DNA from: Oikopleura dioica
Taxonomy: Eukaryota > Animalia > Chordata
Direction of reading: 5' to 3'
DNA length: 64,000 nucleotides
Assembly: GCA_907165135.1 (NCBI GenBank)
Contig: OU015569.1
Location: forward strand, 12,462,001-12,526,000
Position numbers and translations under genes: made by a program. Below are positions 46,913 through 56,820 of the stretch, piece after piece. Each line of letters starts with the position of its first letter. Positions within the stretch are counted from its first letter, which is position 1. Below the pieces are notes generated by a model. The model was given only the letters and a program-made list of their open reading frames with translations. It did no database searches and had not been told where the DNA came from.

Positions 46913-49900
46913 TCAATCATTTTTACAGTCGTCGCCAGTTTCGGAAGTGCATTCTGGGTCGCCTTCGATAATATTGTCGAGCTTCATTTTTTTCATCAAA
47001 TCGTTGAAATTCGACGGATTGAAGTCGGCTTTTATTATCTCCAGATCCGCGAAGCCGTCCGATGCTGATTTCGGCGGGAGATCTTTCTTCAATTCTAAAA
47101 GACAAAAAAAATAAAACAAATTATCTTGTCTCTCTTTTTACCGCGGAGCTTATCCTTATTTTCCTTCTTTTTAATTTGATCCAGCGTATCGAGGACGATT
47201 TTCGGCGTTTCTTCCCGCAACAGTGGCTGATAATCGGTGTAAAAGTGGCATAAATCGTGACTGTAGCTGAAGTGATCGGCCAGAGTCAATTTCAAATTCC
47301 CGCAGCTGAAGTCAGTCACTGTCAAATTTCCGTCAGAGATCTTGAGAGGATCTTCGTACTAGAATCGAATGATAAGAGAGAAGCGACCCGCAGTTTACGA
47401 GATGACACCCTTATTTCTTTTAATAATCTTCAATTTCTCAGCAAATCTGATTTCAGAAATAAGATTATGACATTCGCCTACTTTTCAAAACAAACAAAAA
47501 TAAGGGTATCACTGAGATAAAGCCTCAATCTTCAATCTTAAAATATAAAATAAGGATTTCATTATGCTATGTAGTAGTTTTACACTTATATAAAAACAAA
47601 AATTCTCTCTTGTTAAAGCGCCAAGCTGAAATACAAATCCGTCCGCGTGAAATATTCACCCGCGCGCACGAACGCTCTCGCCGCCGCGACGAGTACACTC
47701 ACCGCCACTACAGCGCAAGTCACTCTACCCAGCACAGACTGCTAATTCAACTCAAACTACAAGTTACTCATCTCCATCTACACATAGCCCGCCAAAGAAT
47801 ACTTTTTATTCACCCTTACTTACAACTCGTTCGCGTGAACTAAAGCTCTATTCACGCGAACACAAGCACTATATAAGTAACCTGCTTCTGCCTTACACAA
47901 CACACAACACGACACACTTTTATAAACTTCTAAAAACACCAATACACTTTTTATCAAGCTCACACCAACCGCCTTGTAGTTTTTATATGCATAAAACCAC
48001 TACAAATGGTGACTGAGTCTTGAAACGAACCAAACTCCCCGAAGAATAAAAACAAACACCGCCGAGAGATTCTTACTAGAGAGCTGCTGCCTTTACACAG
48101 AGGGAAGATCCTGTTTCACAATGAAAATCATAGATAAGGAAAGAGCTAGAAAACTCATCGAAGAGCAATGGGTTCCACTTACCCTTGATGCAGAGATGAT
48201 CGATGCAAATCTCAAAACTGAGCTCAGCGAGCTTGTAAAAAGATCCAAGTCTTGTCAAACAAACGGACCGAAATCCGTTGCGTCGACTTGGCACTGAAAA
48301 AGCGATCTTTATTTTCAAAAATCCATTGGTTGACTTTCTTTCCATGAATGAAACGCAGCAAAATGCAAATTCAGAAGAAGCGAAAAACTTCCTCGAATCT
48401 GAAAATGATGGATTGATTTTCGCAATTGAAAGAGTAAGATCAGCTAGTGGAATGACAGTGAAAAAGGAGGAGCCTCGACAAAATCAAACTGCACCCGAAA
48501 GCAACCAAACAATTTCAGAAGTGAGCAAGCTCGTTGATGCTGGAAAAATCTCAATGAACGAGCTGGAAGTTCTCCTTACAGCCTTTCGCGAACAAAATGC
48601 TCAGGATGATCGCGCGCAGAAGGAAGAGCTAGTTGAACCTAAGCCTCAACTTAGTGAAAACGAACTCACTGCTGACATCCTAAACATCCAGAAACTTGTT
48701 GACACGGGAAAAGTTTCTCCTGCAGAAATTCGACTTCTTGTTGGTGCCTTCCGAGAGCCAGATATCCGAATATCAAGTGTTCCTGAATCAAGAAAAGGTG
48801 TCACTAAGAAAACTTCGAAGTCCACTCCAATTAAAACACCAAATGTGAAGGTCAAAAGCCCGAAATTCGATTCAAGCCTTCCTGTTTCAGCATGGATTCG
48901 CAATATGGAAATCTACGGCCGAGTTTCTAATTTGGATGACGAGTCTCTTATCACAGTAGCTCTAAGCAGTTTGCTTTCCGAAGAGGAGGGAAGTCACATA
49001 ATAGAATCCCTCACTAACGAAGAACTCTGCGACTGGAACTCCTTCAAAATGAGACTTCTTGAAACATTGGGAAAGACACGTGATCACTACAAGCACGAAT
49101 TCGAGAACTACATGCGTGGCAGTGATTCTTTTGGAGTTTGCATGGCGAAGCTGTCCTCATACTACAAGCAAGGATATGATGTAACAGAGCTTCGACGAAC
49201 AGATGAAGAACTATTGATTTCACGTTTCTGTCGAGCACAAGATGACAAACTGCAAGAGCTCCTCTTACGCGAAAAGGGATCACTCAACATGCAGAGCATA
49301 GTACGTCGAGCAAACGAACTTCAACGCAGTCTTCCAAAGGAGAAAGAAGTCAACTTTGCAATTCCTCAAGTTGCACTTCATGAGAATCTTGAGAAGAAAA
49401 TCGAAAGCCTGACTGAAATTGTGCAAAAGATGATAAAAGCGGATTCTGACCGTAAGAAAAAGAATCAACCAGCAAAGAAACGTCCATCAATTGATCAGGA
49501 GAAAACCCAAGGTTACTGCATGAAATTTTTGAGAGATCAAAAATGCTCATATGGAACAAAATGCAAGTACATTCATGACCTTGAAAACGCGCCTGCTTCG
49601 GTTCAAGAATACGCGAAAAACTTATGACTAGGTCAAACAGAACTGTCATGTCCGAATTATCTTACTTGCCCGAAAAATCTCAAATTTATCAACGTGAAAA
49701 TCAACGATCTTACCTACCCTGCTCTCGTGGACACAGCGTGTTCTCGAACATGTATAAACTCGTCTTTACCGTTTATTGGAAAAACAACAAAATCAACGCT
49801 TCAAGTCTACTGCGCAAACAACCAGATCATAACTCCTGATGTTCTTTCAACGCCGCTCTTTATGCAAATAAATAGTCAGGATGGTCCACTAATTCTGAGA

Positions 49901-52900
49901 ACAAAGCCGCTTATCATCAAAAATCTCTGTTGCCCAATCATTCTTGGACTGGACCAGCTTCATGATCTACAAATCAGTGCAGATAACGATTTCATTCTCA
50001 TCAATCAAAAAAGAATCAAGACTGTATATCCAAATCTCAACGAAAAAACAAAAGTTAATGTCAGTGCAATTGTAGAAATTGACGATGACGACAAAAACGA
50101 AAAAAAATCATTAAAAAAATTTCAAAAAATTCGAAGTCAAAAAGCCGCTCAAATCAACTTCAAACCGGAGATTGGCTCTTACGGACAGACTACCGAAGAA
50201 CAAAAACAAAAACTTTTCGCGCTTAATTGTAAATATCGCCTTTCATATTCTATGGGTGATACTGATCTCGGTAAAATCCATGGATATCGATTCTCAATGC
50301 CTTTCCATGATGAGCAAGCAACAACTCATCAACCACCGCGCCCTATCGCAATTCATCTGCAACCAGTAGTTGATTCACAATTCGAAGTTTGGAAATCACT
50401 CGATGTAATTGGAGAAACGCAATCACCGAATAACGTGCCCCTACTGGTACTCAAAAAGGCCGATGGTACTTTTAGAGTCTCTGCTGATGCAAGAAACCTT
50501 AACAACCTTCTTATCAAAGACAGATATCCACTTCCAGCTATGCAGCAAATTTTCTACGAGATTGGAAAACGCCTATCTAACGAAAACTCGTGCTTTATAT
50601 CAAATTTCGACTTGCACCGAGGTTACTGGCAACTACAAACACTTGAAAAAGATCGACCGAAATTGGCCTTCTCTCATAATAATAAACACTACGCAGCGCA
50701 TAGAATGCTTTATGGAGTAGCAACCGGTCCAGCTGCATTTTCAAGATGTATGGCCAAAATCCTTGAGCACAGGAGTATATTGATCTATATTGACGATATC
50801 ATCGCAGTGGATAACACTTTCGAAGAGCATTACAAAACAATCGAATTCATTCTAAAAAGCTGTCAAGAGCACGGAATGCTGCTCTCGCCAAAAAAGGTCT
50901 TCATGTGTAAATCAGAACTCAACTTTCTTGGACATACGATTTCAAAAGATGGTATTCGACCCACCGAAAAACACTTGGAAGTCATCAAAAATCTCAAACC
51001 ACCGCAAAGCCGAAACGAAATCAAGCGATTGCTCGGTACAATAAACTTCAACCTCAAATTCGTGAAGGATGGCTCAGCAATTCTACAACCACTTTATGAG
51101 CTGACATCGAAAAACAGGGAATTCAAGTGGGAAGAAAAACATGAATCAGCATTCGAAACGATAAAGAAACTTTTGCTTGAACGACCATGCTTAGCTCACT
51201 ATAAAGAAGGATCAGAACTGATTCTCGTAACTGACAGCTCTGGATCAAAAATTGGTGGCTGCTTGTATCAAAAAGAAGATGATCAACTGCATCCGATCGG
51301 ATATTTCTCGAAAGCCCTTACAGGACCTGATCTGAGACGAAGCATGCGAGAAAAGGAACTTTTCGCACTGGGATTATCAATCAGCTTCTTCGAATTCTAC
51401 TTGTTGAATACGACCTTTACCGCTGTAGTAGATCATAAAAGCCTACTATTCTTATTCAAAGAGCAAGGAGAACTAAAGAAAAATGATATTAAGAAGATGA
51501 ATATCCTGAATTATCTTCTGCGCTTTGATTTCCGAATTCTACACTTTGATGGAAATTCACCGATCATGGCAACTGCTGACTGGCTAAGTCGTCTTCCTGA
51601 ATACAAAAGCACTGAACTCGAAAAAGATGCTGAAACCTTCGATGGAATCCCAAATACTGTCCTGCTGCTTCATACAGTTGTCCCAGATAGCAAAAAGGAA
51701 GTCTTGCTTACGTTCAGCGATAGAATATTCGACGAAAAACAAATAAACGAGCTGCAAATGAAGTGCAAATTAACACGTAACCTGTTCGAAAAAGCAAGAC
51801 GAAACTCAAAATCAAACTTTCAAATCAAGAAGAATGTCCTTTACAAAGATAATCGCCTGGTATTGCCTAACAATCTAAGCGACGAATTTTTGCAGTATTT
51901 ACACTGTATCACCGGACACTGTGGATCAAAGCAACTGAACATTCTTTGCAGAAAGTTCTACATCCACCAAATTCAAAAGAAAACAAGTCAGCTTACTCGA
52001 TTCTGCCCGACATGTATCCAGATAAAGCCAATGCCAAAGCTAAAACCATCAATGATTGAAAATCGCCGATTCGCAGAAACTCCATTTTCAAAAACGCATT
52101 TTGACCTTGTTGATTACAACAGGCCCGATGCCAATGGAAAAAGATACCTTCTAACAGCCATGGATTCATTAACTGGATTTCTGGATGGTATACCCTTAAC
52201 TCGTAAGACTGATGAAGTTGTTGCAAAACAACTCCTCAATCTAATACTCACACACGGCATAACTGGTGATGCAATTACAGACAACGGAGCCGAGCTAAAT
52301 GGACCACTTGTCACAGAAATCTTCAAACGTTTTGAAATCCGTCATACGACAACTACAGCTTATCGAAGCCAAAGTAATGGTCAACTCGAACGAGTTCACC
52401 GGGAAATACACATGAAGCTTAAAAGCTTGAATGCTTCAAATAAAAACTGGTCCTCAGCGTGGCCAATGAGCAAATACTTTGTCAACAATCTTCCAAAAAG
52501 AAATCTTGATGGACTTAGCGCAAATGAAGCCTACTATGGAAGAAGTTTTCACCCACCATTCCAGACAAATTTCGACGCAAAAGGCCATGGAAAACCTTGG
52601 ATAAAATCAATTGAAAACTACTTCCGAGAACTTCACCCTTCGATTCTAGCGCACCAAATTGCAAAGCACCGCAAACTTTTCGCCGCCGACAAAAACAGCT
52701 GCCCTACCCTTAAAATTGGTCAAAAATGTATGATCTGGAAACCTGCTCTAGGCAAACTCAGCAGAGTTTGGCACGGTCCTTATACGATTCATAAACGAAT
52801 TGCAAAGGATTCCTACATTGTGAAAAACGTGCATACAGGACGCGAATACAGAAGACACATAAATCTGATTCGGCCCTGCAAAATAATACAGCTGGACAAA

Positions 52901-55900
52901 AGCGACTATAATCAAAACGAGAGTATGAAAACCGACAAAGCAGAATCAACCGATGTAAAAATGTCAACCGTGACACAAACAGAAAACGATGATCTTCCAG
53001 CGAAAGAATCAATCAAACAAACGCAAAATTGTTTTGATAAGATTTTGTCAACCGAGACAATAATCGACAAAAATGAAAATTCTTGGTCAAACCGACTTCG
53101 ACCGAGAAAGCAAATCTGAATATAAAGGGGGAGGAAGGGCCTCAACAACCCTTTTTGTAAAATCCACTTTCAAGCAAGAATAAGTGGTTGCCAAAGATGA
53201 AAGACCATAGGACGTCCGACTTGCCAAATTATCCAACTGTAGCTCATGAAGAAGGGACCTTCAACAAACAATGCAAATTCGTCAAAACCCTTTTGGATAA
53301 CTCAATAAAACAAGTCAAATGTGGCCAGTCTTCGACTTTACCGCTGTTGCTGAATATACAGTTATTCAATTGGCCAAACGAATTTCTGTCATATCTGCGA
53401 AAATGTAACTGCCGAGCACGACTGTGGAAAACAAAATTGCTAGAATTCCAATTGGCATTAACAATTTGTGATAACGAAGAAAATTTCAGCGAAATCTTCA
53501 AATACAAAACATCGAAATAAAATCCGCGAAACGAAATCAAAACCGGGAAGGAAAAACCGAAAGCAAACAGATGAGCGCAGCGCAGCTCGTAAATCATAAG
53601 GGAGTAGCCATTGTGAAAGCGTCGAGCGAGGAGCACACACACCGAACCTCTCCCGTCGTTACGTCCCAACAGCAAAACCCTGACGGGGAAACCCCCCCTT
53701 CAAAATGTACCGACGAAAATTCAGAAAATGGAAAAACGTCAGCTTTTATTTAAAATATTTCAAAAAAAAAAGAGCTTATAACGAAGAAAAATGTCCGGCA
53801 GCCGATTTGGCATAATTGAAAATATACCGTATTTGCAAAGAGAAGACCCTAAACGAAGATATATTCAATTCTCACTTTCCTTCATCATTGGATTCAAAGT
53901 TAACCTTCATTGCCTCCGGAATGAACCCAAAACGCGCATTTTACGAGAGTATCTCATCAAAATTGAGGAAGCCCTGCTGAAGGTTGCCCAGAACAGAGAA
54001 TTCACTTTTCTAGCGAGCAATCTACAAGTCCAAGGAGCCACTACGATTGAAGCCCTCCTCAACTGGTCTTATAAAGCACTCATCCTACGATTCTCTAACA
54101 TAAATGAAGAGCAATCGAGAACGGAGATTATCAAGTCTTTCGAGACCGAATTCTATGGAAAAAGATCTCTGTGGAGCGCAATGGCGAATATCACTCCTTC
54201 GGAATTATCATCAATGACAACGAGAGCAGAAATCGTCTGCTATGACTATCTCAACTCATTGAATATTGGGAATTTCAAGCTTTGCGTTGCTCAAGGACCA
54301 ATGCTTACAAACTCGACTTCTGAACAACAAAATAGGAATGCAGAGGAAGTTCAATCGACCTCAACCGCTTGTACCCGCGTAGACAACGTTTACTTCGACC
54401 AAGATCAACTCGACGATCAGTGGATAAATTTTATAGATGGAAACAACCTGAACGATCCGACTCCTGGCTTCACATCTGCATTCGAACAAAAAGCCAGGTC
54501 CAATCAGATGAATGATTTTCCAAAACGAGGATGTTTCTAAAAAGGAGGAGGAATATGTAGTAGTTTTACACTTATATAAAAACAAAAATTCTCTCTTGTT
54601 AAAGCGCCAAGCTGAAATACAAATCCGTCCGCGTGAAATATTCACCCGCGCGCACGAACGCTCTCGCCGCCGCGACGAGTACACTCACCGCCACTACAGC
54701 GCAAGTCACTCTACCCAGCACAGACTGCTAATTCAACTCAAACTACAAGTTACTCATCTCCATCTACACATAGCCCGCCAAAGAATACTTTTTATTCACC
54801 CTTACTTACAACTCGTTCGCGTGAACTAAAGCTCTATTCACGCGAACACAAGCACTATATAAGTAACCTGCTTCTGCCTTACACAACACACAACACGACA
54901 CACTTTTATAAACTTCTAAAAACACCAATACACTTTTTATCAAGCTCACACCAACCGCCTTGTAGTTTTTATATGCATAAAACCACTACAGCTATCTCCC
55001 AGCAAAAATAAAACCTTTAAAAACAAGATAAAGGCCAAAACTAATTTTGAATATCAAAAAATAAGGGGGTAGCTATGCTGACTCAAGGAGAAAATACGTA
55101 TATATCATACCACGAGTGAAATAATATTAGTCCGCATGTAGACGCCGACAATTGCAATCCAAAACGCGCATTTCGTCTGTCGATAATCCTTCTTCGTCCT
55201 TTTCGTTTGAAAGACCTTGCCGATAAAGTACGAGCCGAGAAGTAATGAGGTAATAATGAGTTCTGATTTTTCCGTGGCCCAGTGAACGCGGCCCTCGCAA
55301 TCGCACTTGGGCCGGCCATCTTCTCGGTGGCTCTTTCCTTCGGCGAGGAATTGGAAGGAAACAAAGTTGCCAAAGAAGAGGTTGCTGCCAGTCAACTTTC
55401 CGCAAAACGCTGCCTCATCGTCTGGCACGCCTGATGCTACACACATGGGCGAGAATATCACTCCCAAAAGGTCCAGTGCGTCCAGTTCCGGGAGATTCAG
55501 TTTCTCGCCAACGAGCTCGTAGAAAAAGTCGAAGAGACTCTTTAAATGGGTCTTAAAAATTTTCAGACTGTCATTATTGAAATTCGGGCTTTCGATTTAT
55601 CTAACCGAGAATATAGACTTTTGATTGGCTCATCCAAAAATTCCTCAATTTTATTGGCTGAAATGCGTTTCTTATTGGTTCAAAAAGAAATTTCGCGACC
55701 CTTTCTTGAAAAGCTCCAGCGTCGGAATTGTGCATAAAATCAACCCTGAAAGTCTCAAACAAGACGAAATAGCTCCACAAGCGCCGTCTAATAGTTCTTC
55801 AATCACTGGCTTTGGCGAAGATCTGGACTTGATTTTCCCTGGAAGATCAAGTCGCCGATTCTCTGGCAAGACGAAGTTGTTTATCAGCAGGTGGATGAAG

Positions 55901-56190
55901 ACGCTCATCAAGAAGCACATGATCAAATTCTCGCTTTTGATCGTCATCTTTGCAAACATGATCAAATTCGACAAAAGAATGCTTCCGAACTCGCTGGAGA
56001 ACTTGGCCAGTTTCTTGCAACTGTTCAAGTTCTCTATTCTTCGATCCTCTTCTTCCTCCAAGTTTGAAAACAAAAACGATTCAAGGAAGCATTGGCAATC
56101 GAGGAAGGAAATTCCAGATAACGCGGCAAGGGGCAGGGCGAAAAACTCGATCAGAAAGTTGAAAGTTCGAAAAGAATGAAACACTTTCAA
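46913..56190 (-). CDS. Multi-exon hypothetical gene hosting the LTR retrotransposon in an intron
   Basis: Exons near 56190-55700, 55540-55111, 47358-47141 and the last exon ending 46913. Phase-0 donor gtg|gtatga (55110) matches phase-0 acceptor attctag|tac (47359). Junctions upstream of 55540 are uncertain. Confidence 0.5.
47570..48004 (+). repeat. 5' LTR
   Basis: TGTAGTAG...CCACTACA with inverted termini; TATA-like tatataag at 47870. Confidence 0.97.
48007..48019 (+). promoter_or_regulatory. Primer-binding site (tRNA not identified)
   Basis: TGGTGACTGAGTC begins 2 nt after the 5' LTR; TGG is complementary to tRNA CCA. Confidence 0.75.
48121..48297 (+). CDS. 58-aa leader ORF upstream of gag
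   Basis: MKIIDKERARKLIEEQWVPLTLDAEMIDANLKTELSELVKRSKSCQTNGPKSVASTWH*, in a different frame from gag. Confidence 0.4.
   Translation: MKIIDKERARKLIEEQWVPLTLDAEMIDANLKTELSELVKRSKSCQTNGPKSVASTWH
48344..49627 (+). CDS. gag: Gag with C-terminal CCCH zinc finger
   Basis: First ATG 48344; capsid-like PKFDSSLPVSAWIRNMEIY..; CMKFLRDQKCSYGTKCKYIH (C-x8-C-x5-C-x3-H). Confidence 0.88.
   Translation: MNETQQNANSEEAKNFLESENDGLIFAIERVRSASGMTVKKEEPRQNQTAPESNQTISEVSKLVDAGKISMNELEVLLTAFREQNAQDDRAQKEELVEPKPQLSENELTADILNIQKLVDTGKVSPAEIRLLVGAFREPDIRISSVPESRKGVTKKTSKSTPIKTPNVKVKSPKFDSSLPVSAWIRNMEIYGRVSNLDDESLITVALSSLLSEEEGSHIIESLTNEELCDWNSFKMRLLETLGKTRDHYKHEFENYMRGSDSFGVCMAKLSSYYKQGYDVTELRRTDEELLISRFCRAQDDKLQELLLREKGSLNMQSIVRRANELQRSLPKEKEVNFAIPQVALHENLEKKIESLTEIVQKMIKADSDRKKKNQPAKKRPSIDQEKTQGYCMKFLRDQKCSYGTKCKYIHDLENAPASVQEYAKNL
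49628..53119 (+). CDS. pol: Pol (protease, RT, RNase H, integrase), in frame with gag after a single TGA
   Basis: LVDTACS protease; YIDD RT; TDSS..KELFAL RNase H; HCITGH..CPTC; FDLV / TDNG / ERVH (DDE) integrase; GPY motif. No stops from 49628 to 53116. Confidence 0.96.
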   Translation, partial: LGQTELSCPNYLTCPKNLKFINVKINDLTYPALVDTACSRTCINSSLPFIGKTTKSTLQVYCANNQIITPDVLSTPLFMQINSQDGPLILRTKPLIIKNLCCPIILGLDQLHDLQISADNDFILINQKRIKTVYPNLNEKTKVNVSAIVEIDDDDKNEKKSLKKFQKIRSQKAAQINFKPEIGSYGQTTEEQKQKLFALNCKYRLSYSMGDTDLGKIHGYRFSMPFHDEQATTHQPPRPIAIHLQPVVDSQFEVWKSLDVIGETQSPNNVPLLVLKKADGTFRVSADARNLNNLLIKDRYPLPAMQQIFYEIGKRLSNENSCFISNFDLHRGYWQLQTLEKDRPKLAFSHNNKHYAAHRMLYGVATGPAAFSRCMAKILEHRSILIYIDDIIAVDNTFEEHYKTIEFILKSCQEHGMLLSPKKVFMCKSELNFLGHTISKDGIRPTEKHLEVIKNLKPPQSRNEIKRLLGTINFNLKFVKDGSAILQPLYELTSKNREFKWEEKHESAFETIKKLLLERPCLAHYKEGSELILVTDSSGSKIGGCLYQKEDDQLHPIGYFSKALTGPDLRRSMREKELFALGLSISFFEFYLLNTTFTAVVDHKSLLFLFKEQGELKKNDIKKMNILNYLLRFDFRILHFDGNSPIMATADWLSRLPEYKSTELEKDAETFDGIPNTVLLLHTVVPDSKKEVLLTFSDRIFDEKQINELQMKCKLTRNLFEKARRNSKSNFQIKKNVLYKDNRLVLPNNLSDEFLQYLHCITGHCGSKQLNILCRKFYIHQIQKKTSQLTRFCPTCIQIKPMPKLKPSMIENRRFAETPFSKTHFDLVDYNRPDANGKRYLLTAMDSLTGFLDGIPLTRKTDEVVAKQLLNLILTHGITGDAITDNGAELNGPLVTEIFKRFEIRHTTTTAYRSQSNGQLERVHREIHMKLKSLNASNKNWSSAWPMSKYFVNNLPKRNLDGLSANEAYYGRSFHPPFQTNFDAKGHGKPWIKSIENYFRELHPSILAHQIAKHRKLFAADKNSCPTLKIGQKCMIWKPALGKLSRVWHGPYTIHKRIAKDSYIVKNVHTGREYRRHINLIRPCKIIQLDKSDYNQNESMKTDKAESTDVKMSTVTQTENDDLPAKESIKQTQNCFDKILSTETIIDKNENSWSNRLRPRKQI
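53197..53520 (+). CDS. Accessory ORF3 of the retrotransposon (107 aa)
   Basis: Open frame downstream of pol; weak similarity to the RNase H C-terminal RLARW..KLQEF motif (RARLWKTKLLEFQL). Confidence 0.45.
   Translation: MKDHRTSDLPNYPTVAHEEGTFNKQCKFVKTLLDNSIKQVKCGQSSTLPLLLNIQLFNWPNEFLSYLRKCNCRARLWKTKLLEFQLALTICDNEENFSEIFKYKTSK
53791..54540 (+). CDS. Accessory ORF4 of the retrotransposon (249 aa, no signal peptide or TM, not env-like)
   Basis: Intact ORF ending exactly at the PPT; good aaaaATG context. Confidence 0.7.
   Translation: MSGSRFGIIENIPYLQREDPKRRYIQFSLSFIIGFKVNLHCLRNEPKTRILREYLIKIEEALLKVAQNREFTFLASNLQVQGATTIEALLNWSYKALILRFSNINEEQSRTEIIKSFETEFYGKRSLWSAMANITPSELSSMTTRAEIVCYDYLNSLNIGNFKLCVAQGPMLTNSTSEQQNRNAEEVQSTSTACTRVDNVYFDQDQLDDQWINFIDGNNLNDPTPGFTSAFEQKARSNQMNDFPKRGCF
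54541..54553 (+). promoter_or_regulatory. Polypurine tract
   Basis: aaaggaggaggaa, 2 nt before the 3' LTR. Confidence 0.9.
54556..54990 (+). repeat. 3' LTR
   Basis: Same 435-bp sequence as the 5' LTR; no differences found by eye. Confidence 0.97.
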
Positions 56191-56820
56191 AATCGCCGAA
56201 AACTAAAATGAGAGGAAAAATTGTTGAATACCAAAAATCGATCATTACCAAAATGTGCGTTGAAAAAACGGAGCACAAAAGCTCGATGCATCGCCCTCCA
56301 TTCCACCATAAATCCACAAGCTTCCGGAATCAGCGTAGCTAATGATCTTTTCGAGAACCCAGCTGAGACTTTTGATGATCATCTTTCCCGTGATATGTCT
56401 TCGAAAGAATATTGAATCAAGTAAAGGATGTTTTCTATTTTACCTTTGGAAGAAAATCGCAGCGACGAGATTGAGTAAAAGTAAATTGATGATGTTTAGT
56501 GGACGGATGTTTTGAGGAAATTCTAAACTAGATAATGAGGCTAGAATATTCATGGCTAAACCAAGAGCTTAGCTTAGCTCAGCGAAATTTCTGAAAAATA
56601 AATAGGTAATTAAACTCTGGGCTCGGCAACTTGTGTAGGAAACCTGAGCCAAGGCTGAAAGAAGTTTAGTGAAAAGCCGCGTAGCGGCTTTTAGTTACAA
56701 AGCCGCGAAGCGGCTTCGCGAATTAAAAGATTGATCCAGTCTTCAGTTCGTAGCTTAGCTTGCTTAGCCTACAACATTAGTAATTATGGGCACCCTCTGA
56801 AAGTTCATCTTATGAACTCT

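Larger units (their letters stand above)
47570..54990 (+). mobile_element. Full-length Ty3/gypsy LTR retrotransposon (Tor-like), 7421 bp, 4-bp TSD GCTA
   Basis: Two 435-bp TG...CA LTRs identical by eye; GCTA at 47566-47569 and 54991-54994; PBS, PPT, gag, and pol in PR-RT-RH-IN order. Confidence 0.97.

Noticed and set aside
53791-54540. env gene call for ORF4
   Set aside because: No signal peptide, furin site, TM anchor or Cys-rich ectodomain visible.
56671-56720. Bacterial intrinsic terminators or contamination
   Set aside because: The hairpins are embedded in intron-containing eukaryotic genes and MITEs; there is no bacterial gene context.
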